Virus record (IMG/VR): IMGVR_UViG_3300045988_119148
Origin: a virus
Strand: one strand, 5' to 3'
Length of the DNA: 42,550 nucleotides
This document shows positions 26,901-36,968 of this stretch, piece after piece (position 1 is the stretch's first letter; each line of letters begins with the position of its first letter). The position numbers and the translations under genes were made by a program. The notes beneath the pieces were generated by a model. The model searched no databases, had not been told where the DNA came from, and saw only the letters and a list, made by a program, of their open reading frames with translations.

Positions 26901-27619
26901 AAAAGGAAGTAGAATCCGCGCAAACGGCATTAGAGGCCGAATTACAAGCAAGGGCAAACGGATACGCATCAAATGTAGCTTATGCACAAAAAGAATTAGA
27001 AGACGCCAAAAAGAACGAACAAAAAGCCTTGAAAGAGCAACAAAAGGCACAACGTCAGCAGCAAGCAATAGACACAGCACAGCAAATTAGCTCGCTTGTG
27101 ACGGCAACCGCATTAATCTGGCGGCAGTTGGGTATATGGGGCGCGATTCCGGCTATTGCTGTAATGTGGGGAAGCTTTGCTGCATCTAAGATAAAGGCTG
27201 CACAAATGGCGAAAAATTCAGGTACTGAAACGTATGGCGAAGGAACTGTTGAACTTTTGCAAGGTGGTAGCCATCAATCCGGAAACGATATAGATTTAGG
27301 GCAAAAACCGGATGGTACACGACGAAGGGCAGAAGGCGGCGAATTTTTTGCCGTGATAAACAAACGAAATTCGCGCCGTTTCCGTCGATATATTCCGGAC
27401 GTGATAAACTCTATGAATAACGGGACGTTTGCGCATAAGTATCTAAACGCATACAAAGGGGCAGACCTGATTTCTATTGGTGCCAGTTCCGGTGCGGATT
27501 TAAGCAAATTAGAAAGGGACGTAAACGCAATAAAGAAACAAGGCGAAAGGCGTACATACTTAGATAAAGACGGGAGAATTATAATTGAATATAAGAACTT
27601 AACAAGGAAATTAAGATGA
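23981..27619 (+). CDS. Tail tape measure protein
   Basis: The longest ORF (1212 aa). It has extensive coiled-coil Q/E/A/K-rich segments and internal hydrophobic Gly-rich segments (LAIAGIAGAGVAF, WGAIPAIAVMWGSFAA). It lies upstream of the tail tip genes. Confidence 0.8.
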   Translation: MADNDAIKYSDLVSPDNSITELIKQLDELSDTYTNALKNIRTEAIQLTKELEKVSGATEDGRKKTKKSADDADRLARAQKELAFAESETAKKIAELNLAKTEANQINKLVIKLNQSAEGSYNRLSAQYSLNKIYLNNMTKAEREEAEAKEGLITKTRELYKSMNEYQKSTGKTNLNVGNYTEASDAIISYADRLKEALGLNNSFGESLLALGRGGNESKEVFAAMSDGAKALGNTLMSLMTNPVFLAIAGIAGAGVAFKFWYDYNAGLVEATRLTQQFTGKSGDDLKAFRNQVQAVADTFNADFKETLISANALAKQFGISADEAIQLIQDGFIAGGDANGEFLNTLKEYPAYFKEAGISASQFVAIVAETNKAGIFSDKGVDAIKEGNLRLREMTTATAAALDGIGISSTQVQKDLQTGAKTTFQVMQEVSAKLAELPDSAQSVGTAIADIFGGPGEDAGLQYLRTLKDISADLDTVKSKAGELGRLQEEQLQSEIELQNALAGLFDATGGSFEGFTTSIKVFINQGLTALIKGVVSLINYFIELYNESNLFRAFVVALPEVFKTVFNTIGNLFGALIDMIQAAGKIFKSAFSLDWDGVKEGFTEFGTAFSDLINKEIKDVAESLNNGINRMQKKIPPLTIPVNVGTPDTSTKTTAAVTTKTPSVKTGGTDTNKQAKQVETAYKRNLEATRKLQDAQLQLEADEWEKRRKQTEYQYKRQIEDLTHQLETEKSITESEKETINATILVLEQRLTNDLLKIEQQRQLQELQLQKQSIELRLQAIKAGTQEEKALRLELLENERQTAQLQNQQKPAGQRQDTGAINAGFDTQRTALIQEYADKQIQAELRIFDQRQALAQSEFDLLKTTEEKKTQFRLQAEKDRLNKILELNQQAAVKMSDVEVQTIENQIERINQQIEESKKTDRTQDIYSILGLNLNDDQKEAINTSVSYALEALNTLAQAKVDAANRAVEAAQKEVESAQTALEAELQARANGYASNVAYAQKELEDAKKNEQKALKEQQKAQRQQQAIDTAQQISSLVTATALIWRQLGIWGAIPAIAVMWGSFAASKIKAAQMAKNSGTETYGEGTVELLQGGSHQSGNDIDLGQKPDGTRRRAEGGEFFAVINKRNSRRFRRYIPDVINSMNNGTFAHKYLNAYKGADLISIGASSGADLSKLERDVNAIKKQGERRTYLDKDGRIIIEYKNLTRKLR

Positions 27620-30177
27620 TAAACCCTATATATAAATTCTTGCTTTCGGTAGATTATCAAGAATACGGATATAACCCCGAATTAACCGAAATGGAGCCGT
27701 TATATGTTATTAAAGATAGCTCCATAAGCGCGGGCGGTAGCGTGATTACTGATATGTACAGCGATTTATACGTTTTTCCGGTGTCAGCCGGAATGCGTAT
27801 AAACATTATAGGTTCTTATAACCGTTTGCGGCAAGGATATGCAATGTATTTTGATGTACATCTACAAAAGTTTATGAAAGGGAGCGGAACCTCCATTGCA
27901 GATGCAAACTTCAATTTAACGGTAGATGTACCGGACGGTTGTCAAATCATAGTCGTATCGCAAAGAAGGGATGGAAATAAGGCCGTTTTAAAAGCATCAT
28001 TCAAATACACAAAGCCGGTATATAAAGACGATTTAAACTTAGAGTATGAGTTAGAGACTTCGCAGCAATTTTATAGGAAAAAGTTAAGCGGAAAGTTAAC
28101 TTACACTTTTGACGATTATAGATTTATAATGGCGTGTGATTTCTCTACGGTGTATTATGTCACTATCATTAAATCTAACGATTTGGGGTTAAGTTGGGAG
28201 AAATATTGGTCGGGAAAATTCATGCAAACCGACTGTACCATAAGTTTAGACGATATGACAGTAGAGGTTAAACCCGACGTATTCGATGAGTATAACGATA
28301 TATTAGCCGGATTAGAGAAGGAATACGATTTAATTCCCTTAACGCCGGAAATCGAAAGCCTAACTATCACAAAACGCCCGATTATTCAAGTCTACCTTCC
28401 CGGCGATGATAAGATTTCATGTTTTATATCGGGGATGTCGTGGGAGCAGGACGTATTAACGGCGGTGGACAATAGAAGCGATTTAAAAAATAAGTATTGG
28501 TTTTATTTCACACAGCTATTAAAGGAAATAGATTTGTCCGCCGAAGGGGGTGCTTTAGAAGATTTAGGCCGTAATTATGTCGGGAATATGCAGATATTAG
28601 ACCCTGACGACGCGACTCCGGTTTTTTATGAAGGTGATTTGTCGCACCCTTATTTGAATACTTATCGGTTGCACATACGATATAGCGAAATAGGACCGTT
28701 AATTAATAGGGTTGCAATAGCATTAGTCCGGACCACGGATAATATGAGGCTATATTATTTTGAGAAAGACATACACGGCAGTACGCCAATATTAGATACC
28801 TTAGAATTTACGCTTACGCCGGAAGAAGGTAGTGGAATGGTAGGCACATTAAAAGGCTATATGCATTCTTATAGTATATATGCCCGTTTAATATGCGATG
28901 TAGAAACAATATCAGGCAATACAACGCAGCCGATTCCTACGGATGATTTTGTAGGGAATAATAAAAATTATACTCATGCAATCGGGTATGATGTAGATAT
29001 AGCTTATATCTCAAATCGTTATTCAGACACGCCAACGGAATACGGTAAAACGGGATGGGGGCAATATTTCGCGCCTCCAGTGCTTATTACATTAGCCAAA
29101 ATGTACCCTTTAGGGCAAAGTAAATGGCTAAATACATCCGTTTGGTTTAGTTCTTCGGTATGGGATAGTATTTTCGAGAAGTCCGGACGTAAAGAATATA
29201 TAGTGCCCGACAATTTCCCACTATGGAGTGTTATATCCGTTTTGTTGGGTCAGATTGCGCCGGGCGTTACTCATTTGCCTACGAGTGAATACAGTGAATT
29301 TTTATACGGTACGACAAACCCGATAACAGGAACCTCGAATCAGACGTTATTAATAACGCCGAAATCTAACATAATAAACGGGATATATAATACACCGGCA
29401 CAAAAGGCACCTATTACGTTTCAGCAAATTATGTCTATGTTAGCAAATACGTATAAATTGTATTGGTTTATAGAGGACGATAAATTAAGAATAGAGCATA
29501 TTTTATACTTTAAAAACGGTGGTAGTTACGTTTTATCGCCGGAGACGGTTTTAGATTTAACGCAAATCGCCAACAAGCGGAATTATAAACCGATTGCGTT
29601 CGGCCAATCTTCGTATAAGTTTGATAAGCCGGAAATGTCTTCACGGTATGAATTTTCTTGGATGGACGACTGCACTAAAGTTTTTAACGGGTATCCGATA
29701 GAGATATTAAGTAAGTATGTAGAAGCGGATAAGAAAGAAGATATAACGGTGTCTAAATTTACTTCCGATATAGATTATATGCTTTGCAATCCTGATAATA
29801 TAAGTCAAGACGGCTTCGCAATATTTGCGGCTAACTTAGTAGACGGGCAATATAAAGTACCATTTGTTAGTTTAATGTTTGATAATGTGATTTCAGAGCT
29901 TCAAAACGGCTTTCTTGCTTTTGTGAATTTACAGCCTACATACTGGATATATGATTTACCAGCGCGTCGGGCGAGAATCAACGAAAAAGAAATCACGGTT
30001 AAGGGAATAGAACGAAAGAAAAAACAAAAAGTAGTATTTCCTATTGGGCAAGATGATATAAACCCGAACGGAATTATAAAAACATTTGTCGGAAATGGTC
30101 AGATTAGCAAATTATCTGTAAATTTGTCGAGTAGTTCAGCGGAAGCCGAATTAAAATTTAATACGGAGGAGATATGA
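27616..30177 (+). CDS. Putative distal tail / baseplate protein
   Basis: 853 aa. ATGA overlap with the tape measure stop. Confidence 0.5.
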   Translation: MINPIYKFLLSVDYQEYGYNPELTEMEPLYVIKDSSISAGGSVITDMYSDLYVFPVSAGMRINIIGSYNRLRQGYAMYFDVHLQKFMKGSGTSIADANFNLTVDVPDGCQIIVVSQRRDGNKAVLKASFKYTKPVYKDDLNLEYELETSQQFYRKKLSGKLTYTFDDYRFIMACDFSTVYYVTIIKSNDLGLSWEKYWSGKFMQTDCTISLDDMTVEVKPDVFDEYNDILAGLEKEYDLIPLTPEIESLTITKRPIIQVYLPGDDKISCFISGMSWEQDVLTAVDNRSDLKNKYWFYFTQLLKEIDLSAEGGALEDLGRNYVGNMQILDPDDATPVFYEGDLSHPYLNTYRLHIRYSEIGPLINRVAIALVRTTDNMRLYYFEKDIHGSTPILDTLEFTLTPEEGSGMVGTLKGYMHSYSIYARLICDVETISGNTTQPIPTDDFVGNNKNYTHAIGYDVDIAYISNRYSDTPTEYGKTGWGQYFAPPVLITLAKMYPLGQSKWLNTSVWFSSSVWDSIFEKSGRKEYIVPDNFPLWSVISVLLGQIAPGVTHLPTSEYSEFLYGTTNPITGTSNQTLLITPKSNIINGIYNTPAQKAPITFQQIMSMLANTYKLYWFIEDDKLRIEHILYFKNGGSYVLSPETVLDLTQIANKRNYKPIAFGQSSYKFDKPEMSSRYEFSWMDDCTKVFNGYPIEILSKYVEADKKEDITVSKFTSDIDYMLCNPDNISQDGFAIFAANLVDGQYKVPFVSLMFDNVISELQNGFLAFVNLQPTYWIYDLPARRARINEKEITVKGIERKKKQKVVFPIGQDDINPNGIIKTFVGNGQISKLSVNLSSSSAEAELKFNTEEI

Positions 30178-31055
30178 ACGAAAATAATAATTTGAGTGTA
30201 TTGCCGTGGTACGACAATATAGACGGACAAAACAGCCGGAAAAGTTATGCTTACGGGAATATATACCCGTTATTTACTCCTGCGCATAGTCTTTTGCCCT
30301 TTCAGATATTGAGGAAGCCAAACGAGGTATTTAACCCTAACGTTAAGTTATATACTAAAGACGGGGTTTTCGTTTTGGATATAACGGAACAAATGGTTCT
30401 AACTGGCTTACAATTAGCAAAGCCGGAAAATACCGATAAAATGGAGGTTATTGTGTATCCGGCTTATTTCCCCTTGCAGGAAAAAATACCGATAGGAATG
30501 TATTATGCCGTTTTAAATGATGGCGTTAATACATGGTATTCGGACATATTTACGATAATAAATGATTCTGAAAATTATCTATCAATAGAGTGGTACGATG
30601 ATGATACGCTATATTGTGACGCTGGCATAATTGTATATAAAAACCCGACGTTCAGAAACCGCGTTTATTTCTGTACTGAAATAGGAAAGCCGGATTATAC
30701 ATTTGAGGAAGAAGGCGAAGAAAGGGACGGTTATTTCTTTCCGATTAAACAACTTTCGGAAAAAGTATATCGATTTAATATCCTTGCGCCTGAATACCTT
30801 TGCGATGTTATGCGTTTAATCCGGTTAAGCGACCATATTAGTATAAAGGACAGTTTCGGACGTTTATATAAATGCGATACGTTCCTATTTACGCCAAAAT
30901 GGGAAACGCAAGGCGATTTAGCCTCCGTAGAAATTGAGTTCCAAACTAATACAGTTGTTAAGAAATTAGGTAGCGTCTTTCGTGGCGACTTTAATAACGA
31001 CTTTAATAACGACTTTAATATTAAACCAAACGAAAACGAATTTAATAACCTCTAA
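30174..31055 (+). CDS. Putative tail tip protein with a C-terminal DFNN x3 microrepeat
   Basis: 293 aa. The 12-bp unit gactttaataac occurs about 3 times at roughly 30987-31022. Confidence 0.5.
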   Translation: MNENNNLSVLPWYDNIDGQNSRKSYAYGNIYPLFTPAHSLLPFQILRKPNEVFNPNVKLYTKDGVFVLDITEQMVLTGLQLAKPENTDKMEVIVYPAYFPLQEKIPIGMYYAVLNDGVNTWYSDIFTIINDSENYLSIEWYDDDTLYCDAGIIVYKNPTFRNRVYFCTEIGKPDYTFEEEGEERDGYFFPIKQLSEKVYRFNILAPEYLCDVMRLIRLSDHISIKDSFGRLYKCDTFLFTPKWETQGDLASVEIEFQTNTVVKKLGSVFRGDFNNDFNNDFNIKPNENEFNNL

Positions 31056-31066
31056 ATTTTAAAGTT

Positions 31067-33712
31067 ATGGCATACGACCAAATCAAAGAGAGTATAAAAG
31101 CTGTTATCAAGGAAAACGGAAATTATGAGATAACCGGAAATGTACTTCAGACGGTTTTATTATCAATGGTGGACACATTGGGACCAGAGTATCAATTCTT
31201 AGGCATTGCTACAAAAAGTACGGTTCCCGTTGTGGTAGAAGGAAATTCATTCTATATTACCACCGAAGTAGGTACTTATACGAATTTTAAAAATTCGGGA
31301 AATACAACTATTACTGTTAATCAACTTGGTATATTAACAAGTACAAACGGTACAGCATGGAATTTTACACCTATTTTTATAGGCGTTTCTAAAGGAGGCG
31401 GTGAAGTGTTTAATGATTATGTTAATAATACAGCGGGCGGTGTTAATTCTCATGCGGAAGGCCAAGAAACGAAGGCGGTCGGAAATAATTCTCATGCGGA
31501 AGGCAAAGGAACGGAGGCGGTCGGAAATAATTCCCATGCGGAAGGCCTACGTACTAACGCAAGGGGTGTTAATTCTCATGCGGAAGGCCAAGAAACGGAG
31601 GCGGTCGGCGATTATTCCCACGCGGAAGGATACAAAACCCATGCAAACAAGAATAATTCGCATGCAGAAGGGAGTGCTACTGTGGCTGATGGTGTTGCGT
31701 CACACGCCGAAGGGGACGCAACACAGGCGTCCGGCGATTATTCCCACGCGGAAGGCCAAAAAACGGTGGCAAGTGGTTTATATTCGCACACAGAGGGCTA
31801 TAGTACAAAAGCAAAAAACGGTAATTCTCACGCAGAAGGAAATTCAACGGTGGCAAATGGTTTTAATTCTCACGCAGAAGGGCGTATTACTGTGGCTGAT
31901 GGTGATGCGTCACACGCCGAAGGGAATGAAACACAGGCGTCCAGCAAATGGTCGCACGCAGAAGGCTATTCGTCTTTATCCGAGGGAATAGCATCTCACG
32001 CAGAAGGACAACATACCACCGCGTCCGGCGATTATTCCCACGCGGAGGGAAATTCAACGGTGGCAAGTGGTTTTGGTTCCCATGCGGAAGGACAGGAAAC
32101 AACGGCCGGAGCCGCGAACGCTCATGCCGAAGGACAGGGGACAGTGACAGAAGAAGTATGCGGCCATGTTGCCGGTAAGTATAACGCAGTGGTCGCAAAT
32201 GGTCTGTTTAATTTTGGTATCGGTTCAAGCAATGATAAGCGTAAATCGGCTATGATTATAGACGGAACTAACGGAAAAGTCTATTTTGTTGATGCCGGAG
32301 GGTACGATGGCGGTACAAGTATTGCAAACGCTAAAAGCATTCAGGATATTCTAAAGGATAGCGGAGGGGTAGAAATAGAGCAATTAGATGAATCTTTCGA
32401 TTTCAATAAAAACGCCAATTTTGATGTATTTAATAATATAGAAGACGGTCTACATATCTATGTAGGCACGTACCGTGCGCAAAATACGCAGGTAGCTCGC
32501 ATGTTGCGTATAACACAATACACCGAAGCAGGCGAGACTAAAGTACAATATTTTGAATATCAGGAAGAAGTCGGCGCTACAACATGCTCATTTATTAACG
32601 CATCAGTAATTAGAACTGAATCGGATGGTTCCTGGTCATGGGCACAAAGAGCCTATGAACTTAGAATGTATATGCAAGCTATCCCGACCAATAATGGCGC
32701 ACTTTCGGATAGTGATAAAGTTATTTTAGATAGGCTTATAGCTTTGGTACTATATAGCGATGCTATTACAAGTTTCTTCTATTTTAATAATAGTAGTGAA
32801 CTTGTGCCTATGACGTTGGCAAGAACAAACCTACAACAACAACAACAAGTACTGGAATTTACCGGAATAGCCACGGGGCGAAAGGTAATATCTTTAAAGG
32901 CTACACGAACAAATGTAGGTGGAAGTATAAATTACTCTACTTGGTCGGTTACTACTGTATTCTTAGACCAAATTAAGGAGATTGCAACACAGGCTGACAA
33001 TTTAGCAAAGAATATATATGTACTTAATAACTTACTTACGCAATCTGATGAGTTCGGAACAAAAACGATAAGCATAGCTTCACAAATCGAATCTATGATT
33101 GGAGGCTCCTATATAGACGTAATACAAGGACCTATACGAGATAATAGGAAGATATTTGTTAGCGTGCTATCAAACAATGACCGAAAAGACTTAATCGTAT
33201 GGAATCTGAAAACGGTAGGTAATTTCCAAGGTGGTAATAATGATAACGGGGAGTTGGTTTTCTCTACTATGTACACCAATCCGGAAACTTATTCGGTAGT
33301 AAGACGTTATATTAAATTGGTTATTACTAATAGCAAGTTTACGGTAATGACCATAACAACCGACGCGCCTATACAAAATATTTATAATCCATTGTTAAAG
33401 GTCAATATTGATTCTTTTAAAGCAAAATCAGGTAGTACGATGAATATGGATGAAATGAATGCTGCGGGAATAACTATACAAGATGTATTAGACTTTAGAG
33501 ATGGTAAAAAAAATATGATACGAGACATAAGTAATTTATATTTTACATTACATTTAGTTGGGATGATGTATGTAAATAATACAGAATGGAGTTTATGTTT
33601 TGAAAGTCGTATATCTTCAAATTTTGACAGTAATAGCATTCTTACAGGAGAAATGTTATGTATTGAATATAGTAGTAATGGCCAATATAATATACATTAT
33701 GCTGAAATATGA
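31067..33712 (+). CDS. Tail fiber / receptor-binding protein with YadA-head (Hep_Hag)-like repeats
   Basis: 881 aa with 17 consecutive 14-aa repeats of the type xxSHAEGxxTxAxG. The C-terminal ~500 aa are non-repetitive. Confidence 0.7.
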   Translation: MAYDQIKESIKAVIKENGNYEITGNVLQTVLLSMVDTLGPEYQFLGIATKSTVPVVVEGNSFYITTEVGTYTNFKNSGNTTITVNQLGILTSTNGTAWNFTPIFIGVSKGGGEVFNDYVNNTAGGVNSHAEGQETKAVGNNSHAEGKGTEAVGNNSHAEGLRTNARGVNSHAEGQETEAVGDYSHAEGYKTHANKNNSHAEGSATVADGVASHAEGDATQASGDYSHAEGQKTVASGLYSHTEGYSTKAKNGNSHAEGNSTVANGFNSHAEGRITVADGDASHAEGNETQASSKWSHAEGYSSLSEGIASHAEGQHTTASGDYSHAEGNSTVASGFGSHAEGQETTAGAANAHAEGQGTVTEEVCGHVAGKYNAVVANGLFNFGIGSSNDKRKSAMIIDGTNGKVYFVDAGGYDGGTSIANAKSIQDILKDSGGVEIEQLDESFDFNKNANFDVFNNIEDGLHIYVGTYRAQNTQVARMLRITQYTEAGETKVQYFEYQEEVGATTCSFINASVIRTESDGSWSWAQRAYELRMYMQAIPTNNGALSDSDKVILDRLIALVLYSDAITSFFYFNNSSELVPMTLARTNLQQQQQVLEFTGIATGRKVISLKATRTNVGGSINYSTWSVTTVFLDQIKEIATQADNLAKNIYVLNNLLTQSDEFGTKTISIASQIESMIGGSYIDVIQGPIRDNRKIFVSVLSNNDRKDLIVWNLKTVGNFQGGNNDNGELVFSTMYTNPETYSVVRRYIKLVITNSKFTVMTITTDAPIQNIYNPLLKVNIDSFKAKSGSTMNMDEMNAAGITIQDVLDFRDGKKNMIRDISNLYFTLHLVGMMYVNNTEWSLCFESRISSNFDSNSILTGEMLCIEYSSNGQYNIHYAEI
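31438..32140 (+). repeat. 17 tandem 42-bp coding repeats (SHAEG units) inside the tail fiber gene
   Basis: aattctcatgcggaaggc... recurs every 42 bp. The repeats generate spurious ORFs in other frames and on the other strand. Confidence 0.9.
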
Positions 33713-34203
33713 AAATGGATTGGGAATATTTTAGATTTATAGCAGTATCGGCATTTAGTCCGATACTTGCTTATTTCACACCGACAAAGGGGTTTTTTAT
33801 CGCTTTGGTTGTGATGTTTGCTTTTAATGTCATTGCAGGCATGCGTGCGGACGGTGTTAGTATAGTAAGGTGCAATAATTTCTCCATGAGAAAATTTAAA
33901 AACTCTTTGGCCGAGTTATTGCTGTATATTGTTTTGTTATATGCTGTTTATATTGCCATTTCTCAATGTGGCGACTTAAAAGGTGCATTAATGGCAATGA
34001 AATCACTTACGTATGTTTTATTATATGTATATTTGTGCAATGGCTTGAAGAACTACGTAAAAGCATATCCGCAAAACATAGGATTAAGGATAATATACCA
34101 TGTAGTCCGGTTAGAATTTACGCGCATTATGCCTTCGTACTGGAAGCCTATTATAGAGAGATGCAAAGAAGATATTGAAAATAAAAAGGAGGTCAAAGGA
34201 TGA
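33709..34203 (+). CDS. Putative holin
   Basis: 164 aa with about 4 hydrophobic helices, immediately upstream of and overlapping the amidase gene. FNVIAGMRADG resembles the holin_4 family. Confidence 0.6.
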   Translation: MKMDWEYFRFIAVSAFSPILAYFTPTKGFFIALVVMFAFNVIAGMRADGVSIVRCNNFSMRKFKNSLAELLLYIVLLYAVYIAISQCGDLKGALMAMKSLTYVLLYVYLCNGLKNYVKAYPQNIGLRIIYHVVRLEFTRIMPSYWKPIIERCKEDIENKKEVKG

Positions 34204-34805
34204 AACAGGTTTTTATACCAATATTAGACAACGGGCACGGTATTGATACAGCCGGTAAGCGTTCGCCGGTTTGGGACGATGGTACGCAGTTGTTTGAATG
34301 GGAGTTCAACCGTGATATAGTCAAGCGTGTTAGTTCGATGTTAGAGGCAGAAGGAATTCAGTATAGAATATTAGTACCGGAGACAAAAGATGTATCTTTG
34401 TCGGCACGTTGTAAGCGTGCAAACGCGATATATTCAGAGACCTCCGGTAAATGCTTTCTTATAAGCGTACACGCAAACGCAGGCGGTGGCACCGGTTGGG
34501 AGGCTTATACGTCCGTCGGCCAAACAAAAGCCGATTTGATAGCAACGGAACTATATAAAGAGGCTGAAAAAGAATTTGCTCCGGATGGTTGGAAAATACG
34601 CAAAGATACAAGCGACGGAGACCCCGACAAGGAAAGCCAATTTTATATATTAAAACACACCAAATGCCCGGCGGTGTTAGTGGAAAATTTCTTCATGGAT
34701 ACCCGCAAAGATTGTGCTTTTATTCAGTCGGAAGACGGACGGAATAGAGTTAGTAAAGTGATTTTTGAAACTATTAAAAGTATTTGTTATGGAAGAGTTA
34801 TTTAA
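34200..34805 (+). CDS. N-acetylmuramoyl-L-alanine amidase (Amidase_3-type endolysin)
   Basis: ILDNGHGIDTAGKRSP ... LISVHANAGGGTGWEAY ... VLVENFFMD are typical MurNAc-LAA zinc amidase motifs. Confidence 0.8.
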   Translation: MKQVFIPILDNGHGIDTAGKRSPVWDDGTQLFEWEFNRDIVKRVSSMLEAEGIQYRILVPETKDVSLSARCKRANAIYSETSGKCFLISVHANAGGGTGWEAYTSVGQTKADLIATELYKEAEKEFAPDGWKIRKDTSDGDPDKESQFYILKHTKCPAVLVENFFMDTRKDCAFIQSEDGRNRVSKVIFETIKSICYGRVI

Positions 34806-35643
34806 AAGAATCGAAGTAGACGTTTATAAAATGGGAGATAAGGGAGCTATACATTTAGCTCCTATCCTGAATGATATGGTTTTGCACTCTTATCCTTTGA
34901 TATTGCAGGATTTCATATTAGACCAAACCGGCAAGACGTTGGATATTGACGAATTTACGGAAATAACCGGATTTTCGGGCGATATGATGAAGTATATTAT
35001 AGAGAATCATTTAGCCGTAAACGTATTCATTCAGGGCGAAAACTTGATTATAAAGGCAACCGCTTTTTCAATAGAAGACGATATGTTTTATATTGAATAT
35101 AACCACGCCGGAGATAAAAAAGCCCTTCAAATCACGTTAAGCGGTGATACGTTTCAAATAGTTGTAAAAGATATTGATTCTGGGGGGAATTATTTAACAA
35201 AGGATGATATTGTAAATAACTTAGATTCGATAGCGGCTAACAAAGTATTAGCAGCAAGTCAAGGCAATGTACTAAAGAGACAAGTATATAACGTAAAAGA
35301 TAGTGTATTACCGTGCTATAATCTAAATGCGGATAAACATTATAACCTCCTTTTCGGTAATATAAGTAAAAGTACACCGGTTCAGGCTATTAATAATAAT
35401 TATGCCTCTAAATTTGTGGAAATGCGTGGTATAATGGGAGATAACAATGTATGTTTGGCGTTATGCGATTTAGACCGAAATAACGAAAACCAAGATATGT
35501 ATTCCGTTTCGTTTAGTGCAGAATCAGATACGCGTTATCATTTAGACTTTTTTAGTCTAATAAATAATGGAGTGTATATTAACCTTATTGTCGATGCTAA
35601 TATGTCGGAAGTGCTGGAGGTTCTTGCAACGTCAAACGATTAA
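34789..35643 (+). CDS. Hypothetical protein
   Basis: ATG at 34789 (MEELFKRIEV...). 284 aa. Confidence 0.55.
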   Translation: MEELFKRIEVDVYKMGDKGAIHLAPILNDMVLHSYPLILQDFILDQTGKTLDIDEFTEITGFSGDMMKYIIENHLAVNVFIQGENLIIKATAFSIEDDMFYIEYNHAGDKKALQITLSGDTFQIVVKDIDSGGNYLTKDDIVNNLDSIAANKVLAASQGNVLKRQVYNVKDSVLPCYNLNADKHYNLLFGNISKSTPVQAINNNYASKFVEMRGIMGDNNVCLALCDLDRNNENQDMYSVSFSAESDTRYHLDFFSLINNGVYINLIVDANMSEVLEVLATSND

Positions 35644-35646
35644 AGA

Positions 35647-36258
35647 ATGAAGAAAATAATAATAATATTAGGTGTCTTAGTTGTTGTTTTAGTGGCTTAT
35701 TTCCTTAATGTAAGGGTAAGCCAACTAAAACACGATAGAGACACCTATAAACGTAATAACGCGGTATTATTGAACGATGTGAAGTATTATCGGGCTTTAG
35801 ATAGTTTGAATGCTGCACGCGTTGGGGTATTGGAGTTAGACTTATCCGAATATAAAAAGTATCGGGAAAGCGATGCAGAATTAATCAAAAGTTTGCAGTT
35901 AAAAAATAGGGAATTGCAAAACGTAACATCCGCACAAATGGAAACCATAACAAAATTAAATGGTAATGTACGTGATAGTATTGTATATTTGCCCGAAGAT
36001 ACAACAACAATCGTTTTAAAATGCGTTGATATTTATGACCCGTGGTTTTCCTTAAACGGATGCGCGACACCGGACGGAAAGTTTACCGGAACATTTATAA
36101 ACCGGGACAGCATTTTAATTGTGGAAACCATAGAATATAAAAGGTTTCTTAATTTTTTGTGGAAAACCAAGAAAATAAAAAACCGTGACTTTCGTATTAT
36201 TTCCCGAAATCCACATACAAAAATTTTAGGATTTGAAGTTGTTACAATAAGAAAGTAG
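35647..36258 (+). CDS. Membrane-anchored protein, possible spanin-like lysis accessory
   Basis: N-terminal transmembrane segment KKIIIILGVLVVVLVAYFL followed by a helical region. Last gene of the lysis cluster. Confidence 0.4.
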   Translation: MKKIIIILGVLVVVLVAYFLNVRVSQLKHDRDTYKRNNAVLLNDVKYYRALDSLNAARVGVLELDLSEYKKYRESDAELIKSLQLKNRELQNVTSAQMETITKLNGNVRDSIVYLPEDTTTIVLKCVDIYDPWFSLNGCATPDGKFTGTFINRDSILIVETIEYKRFLNFLWKTKKIKNRDFRIISRNPHTKILGFEVVTIRK

Positions 36259-36267
36259 TATATTTGC

Positions 36268-36335
36268 AATGGGGATAGGCGGAGTAATTAACCGACCGAA
36301 AGGGCAAGCCAATAGCCCGTCCCCATTTTTTATTT
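36268..36335 (+). terminator. Branched hairpin plus T-run ending the late/lysis operon
   Basis: AATGGGGA (36268-36275) pairs with TCCCCATT (36320-36327), enclosing an inner GGGC/GCCC stem. It is followed by ttttttatttg. Confidence 0.5.
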
Positions 36336-36363
36336 GTTGGCAGTTCTTAAAAGTTGGCATATT

Positions 36364-36948
36364 ATGGAAAATGAGATTTGGAAAGATATTCCCGGATATG
36401 TAGGGATATATCAAGTTAGTAATTATGGGCATATTAAATCATTGTCACGTCTTATTTATAGAAAAAATGGGCAAATATCTAAAACACAAGGAAAAATATT
36501 ATCTCCCGGAATAGATAAATACGGATATTATATTGTTGTATTGTGTAATGGTAAAAAAGAAACAAAAACGGTTCATAGGATAGTTGCATTAGCATTTATA
36601 AATAACCCTAATAATTTGCCCGAAATAGACCATAAAGACGGGAATAGAAAGAATAATAAAGTTGAAAATTTAAGATGGGTAACAAGGAAAGAAAATGCAA
36701 ATAATCCAATATCTAAATTAAGATATTCGCATACCGCAAAACAGATTAAAAACTACAAATATTTAATGCAATCAGTAAGACAAATAAAAGATGGAAAAGT
36801 TATTGCAGAATATGAAAGTATGAGAGAGGCAGAAAGACAAACAAACATTGCGCATAGTTCAATAAAAAAAGCAATAACCGGGAAACTGAAAAATGCAGGT
36901 GGTTTCCAATGGGAATATAAAAAAATGACTGTCTTTGTGTCGCAATAA
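36364..36948 (+). CDS. Free-standing HNH homing endonuclease (NUMOD4 + HNH_3 type)
   Basis: MENEIWKDIPGYVGIYQVSNYGHIKS is a NUMOD4 motif. IDHKDGNRKNNKVENLRWVTRKEN is an HNH_3 motif. The C-terminus is HTH-like, ESMREAERQTNIAHSSIKKAITGK. The gene is AT-rich relative to its flanks. Confidence 0.85.
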   Translation: MENEIWKDIPGYVGIYQVSNYGHIKSLSRLIYRKNGQISKTQGKILSPGIDKYGYYIVVLCNGKKETKTVHRIVALAFINNPNNLPEIDHKDGNRKNNKVENLRWVTRKENANNPISKLRYSHTAKQIKNYKYLMQSVRQIKDGKVIAEYESMREAERQTNIAHSSIKKAITGKLKNAGGFQWEYKKMTVFVSQ

Positions 36949-36968
36949 ATATTTTTATCCATAACAAG

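Noticed and set aside
31334-32198. Alternative-frame and minus-strand ORFs within the tail fiber repeats (31401..31991, 31948..32178, 31334..31537 -, 31887..32198 -).
   Set aside because: They are generated by the periodic 42-bp SHAEG repeats. Only the 31067..33712 frame extends beyond the repeat region and gives a coherent protein.
31067-33712. Diversity-generating retroelement targeting the tail fiber.
   Set aside because: No ORF carries a reverse transcriptase, and there is no template/variable repeat pair outside the in-gene tandem repeats.
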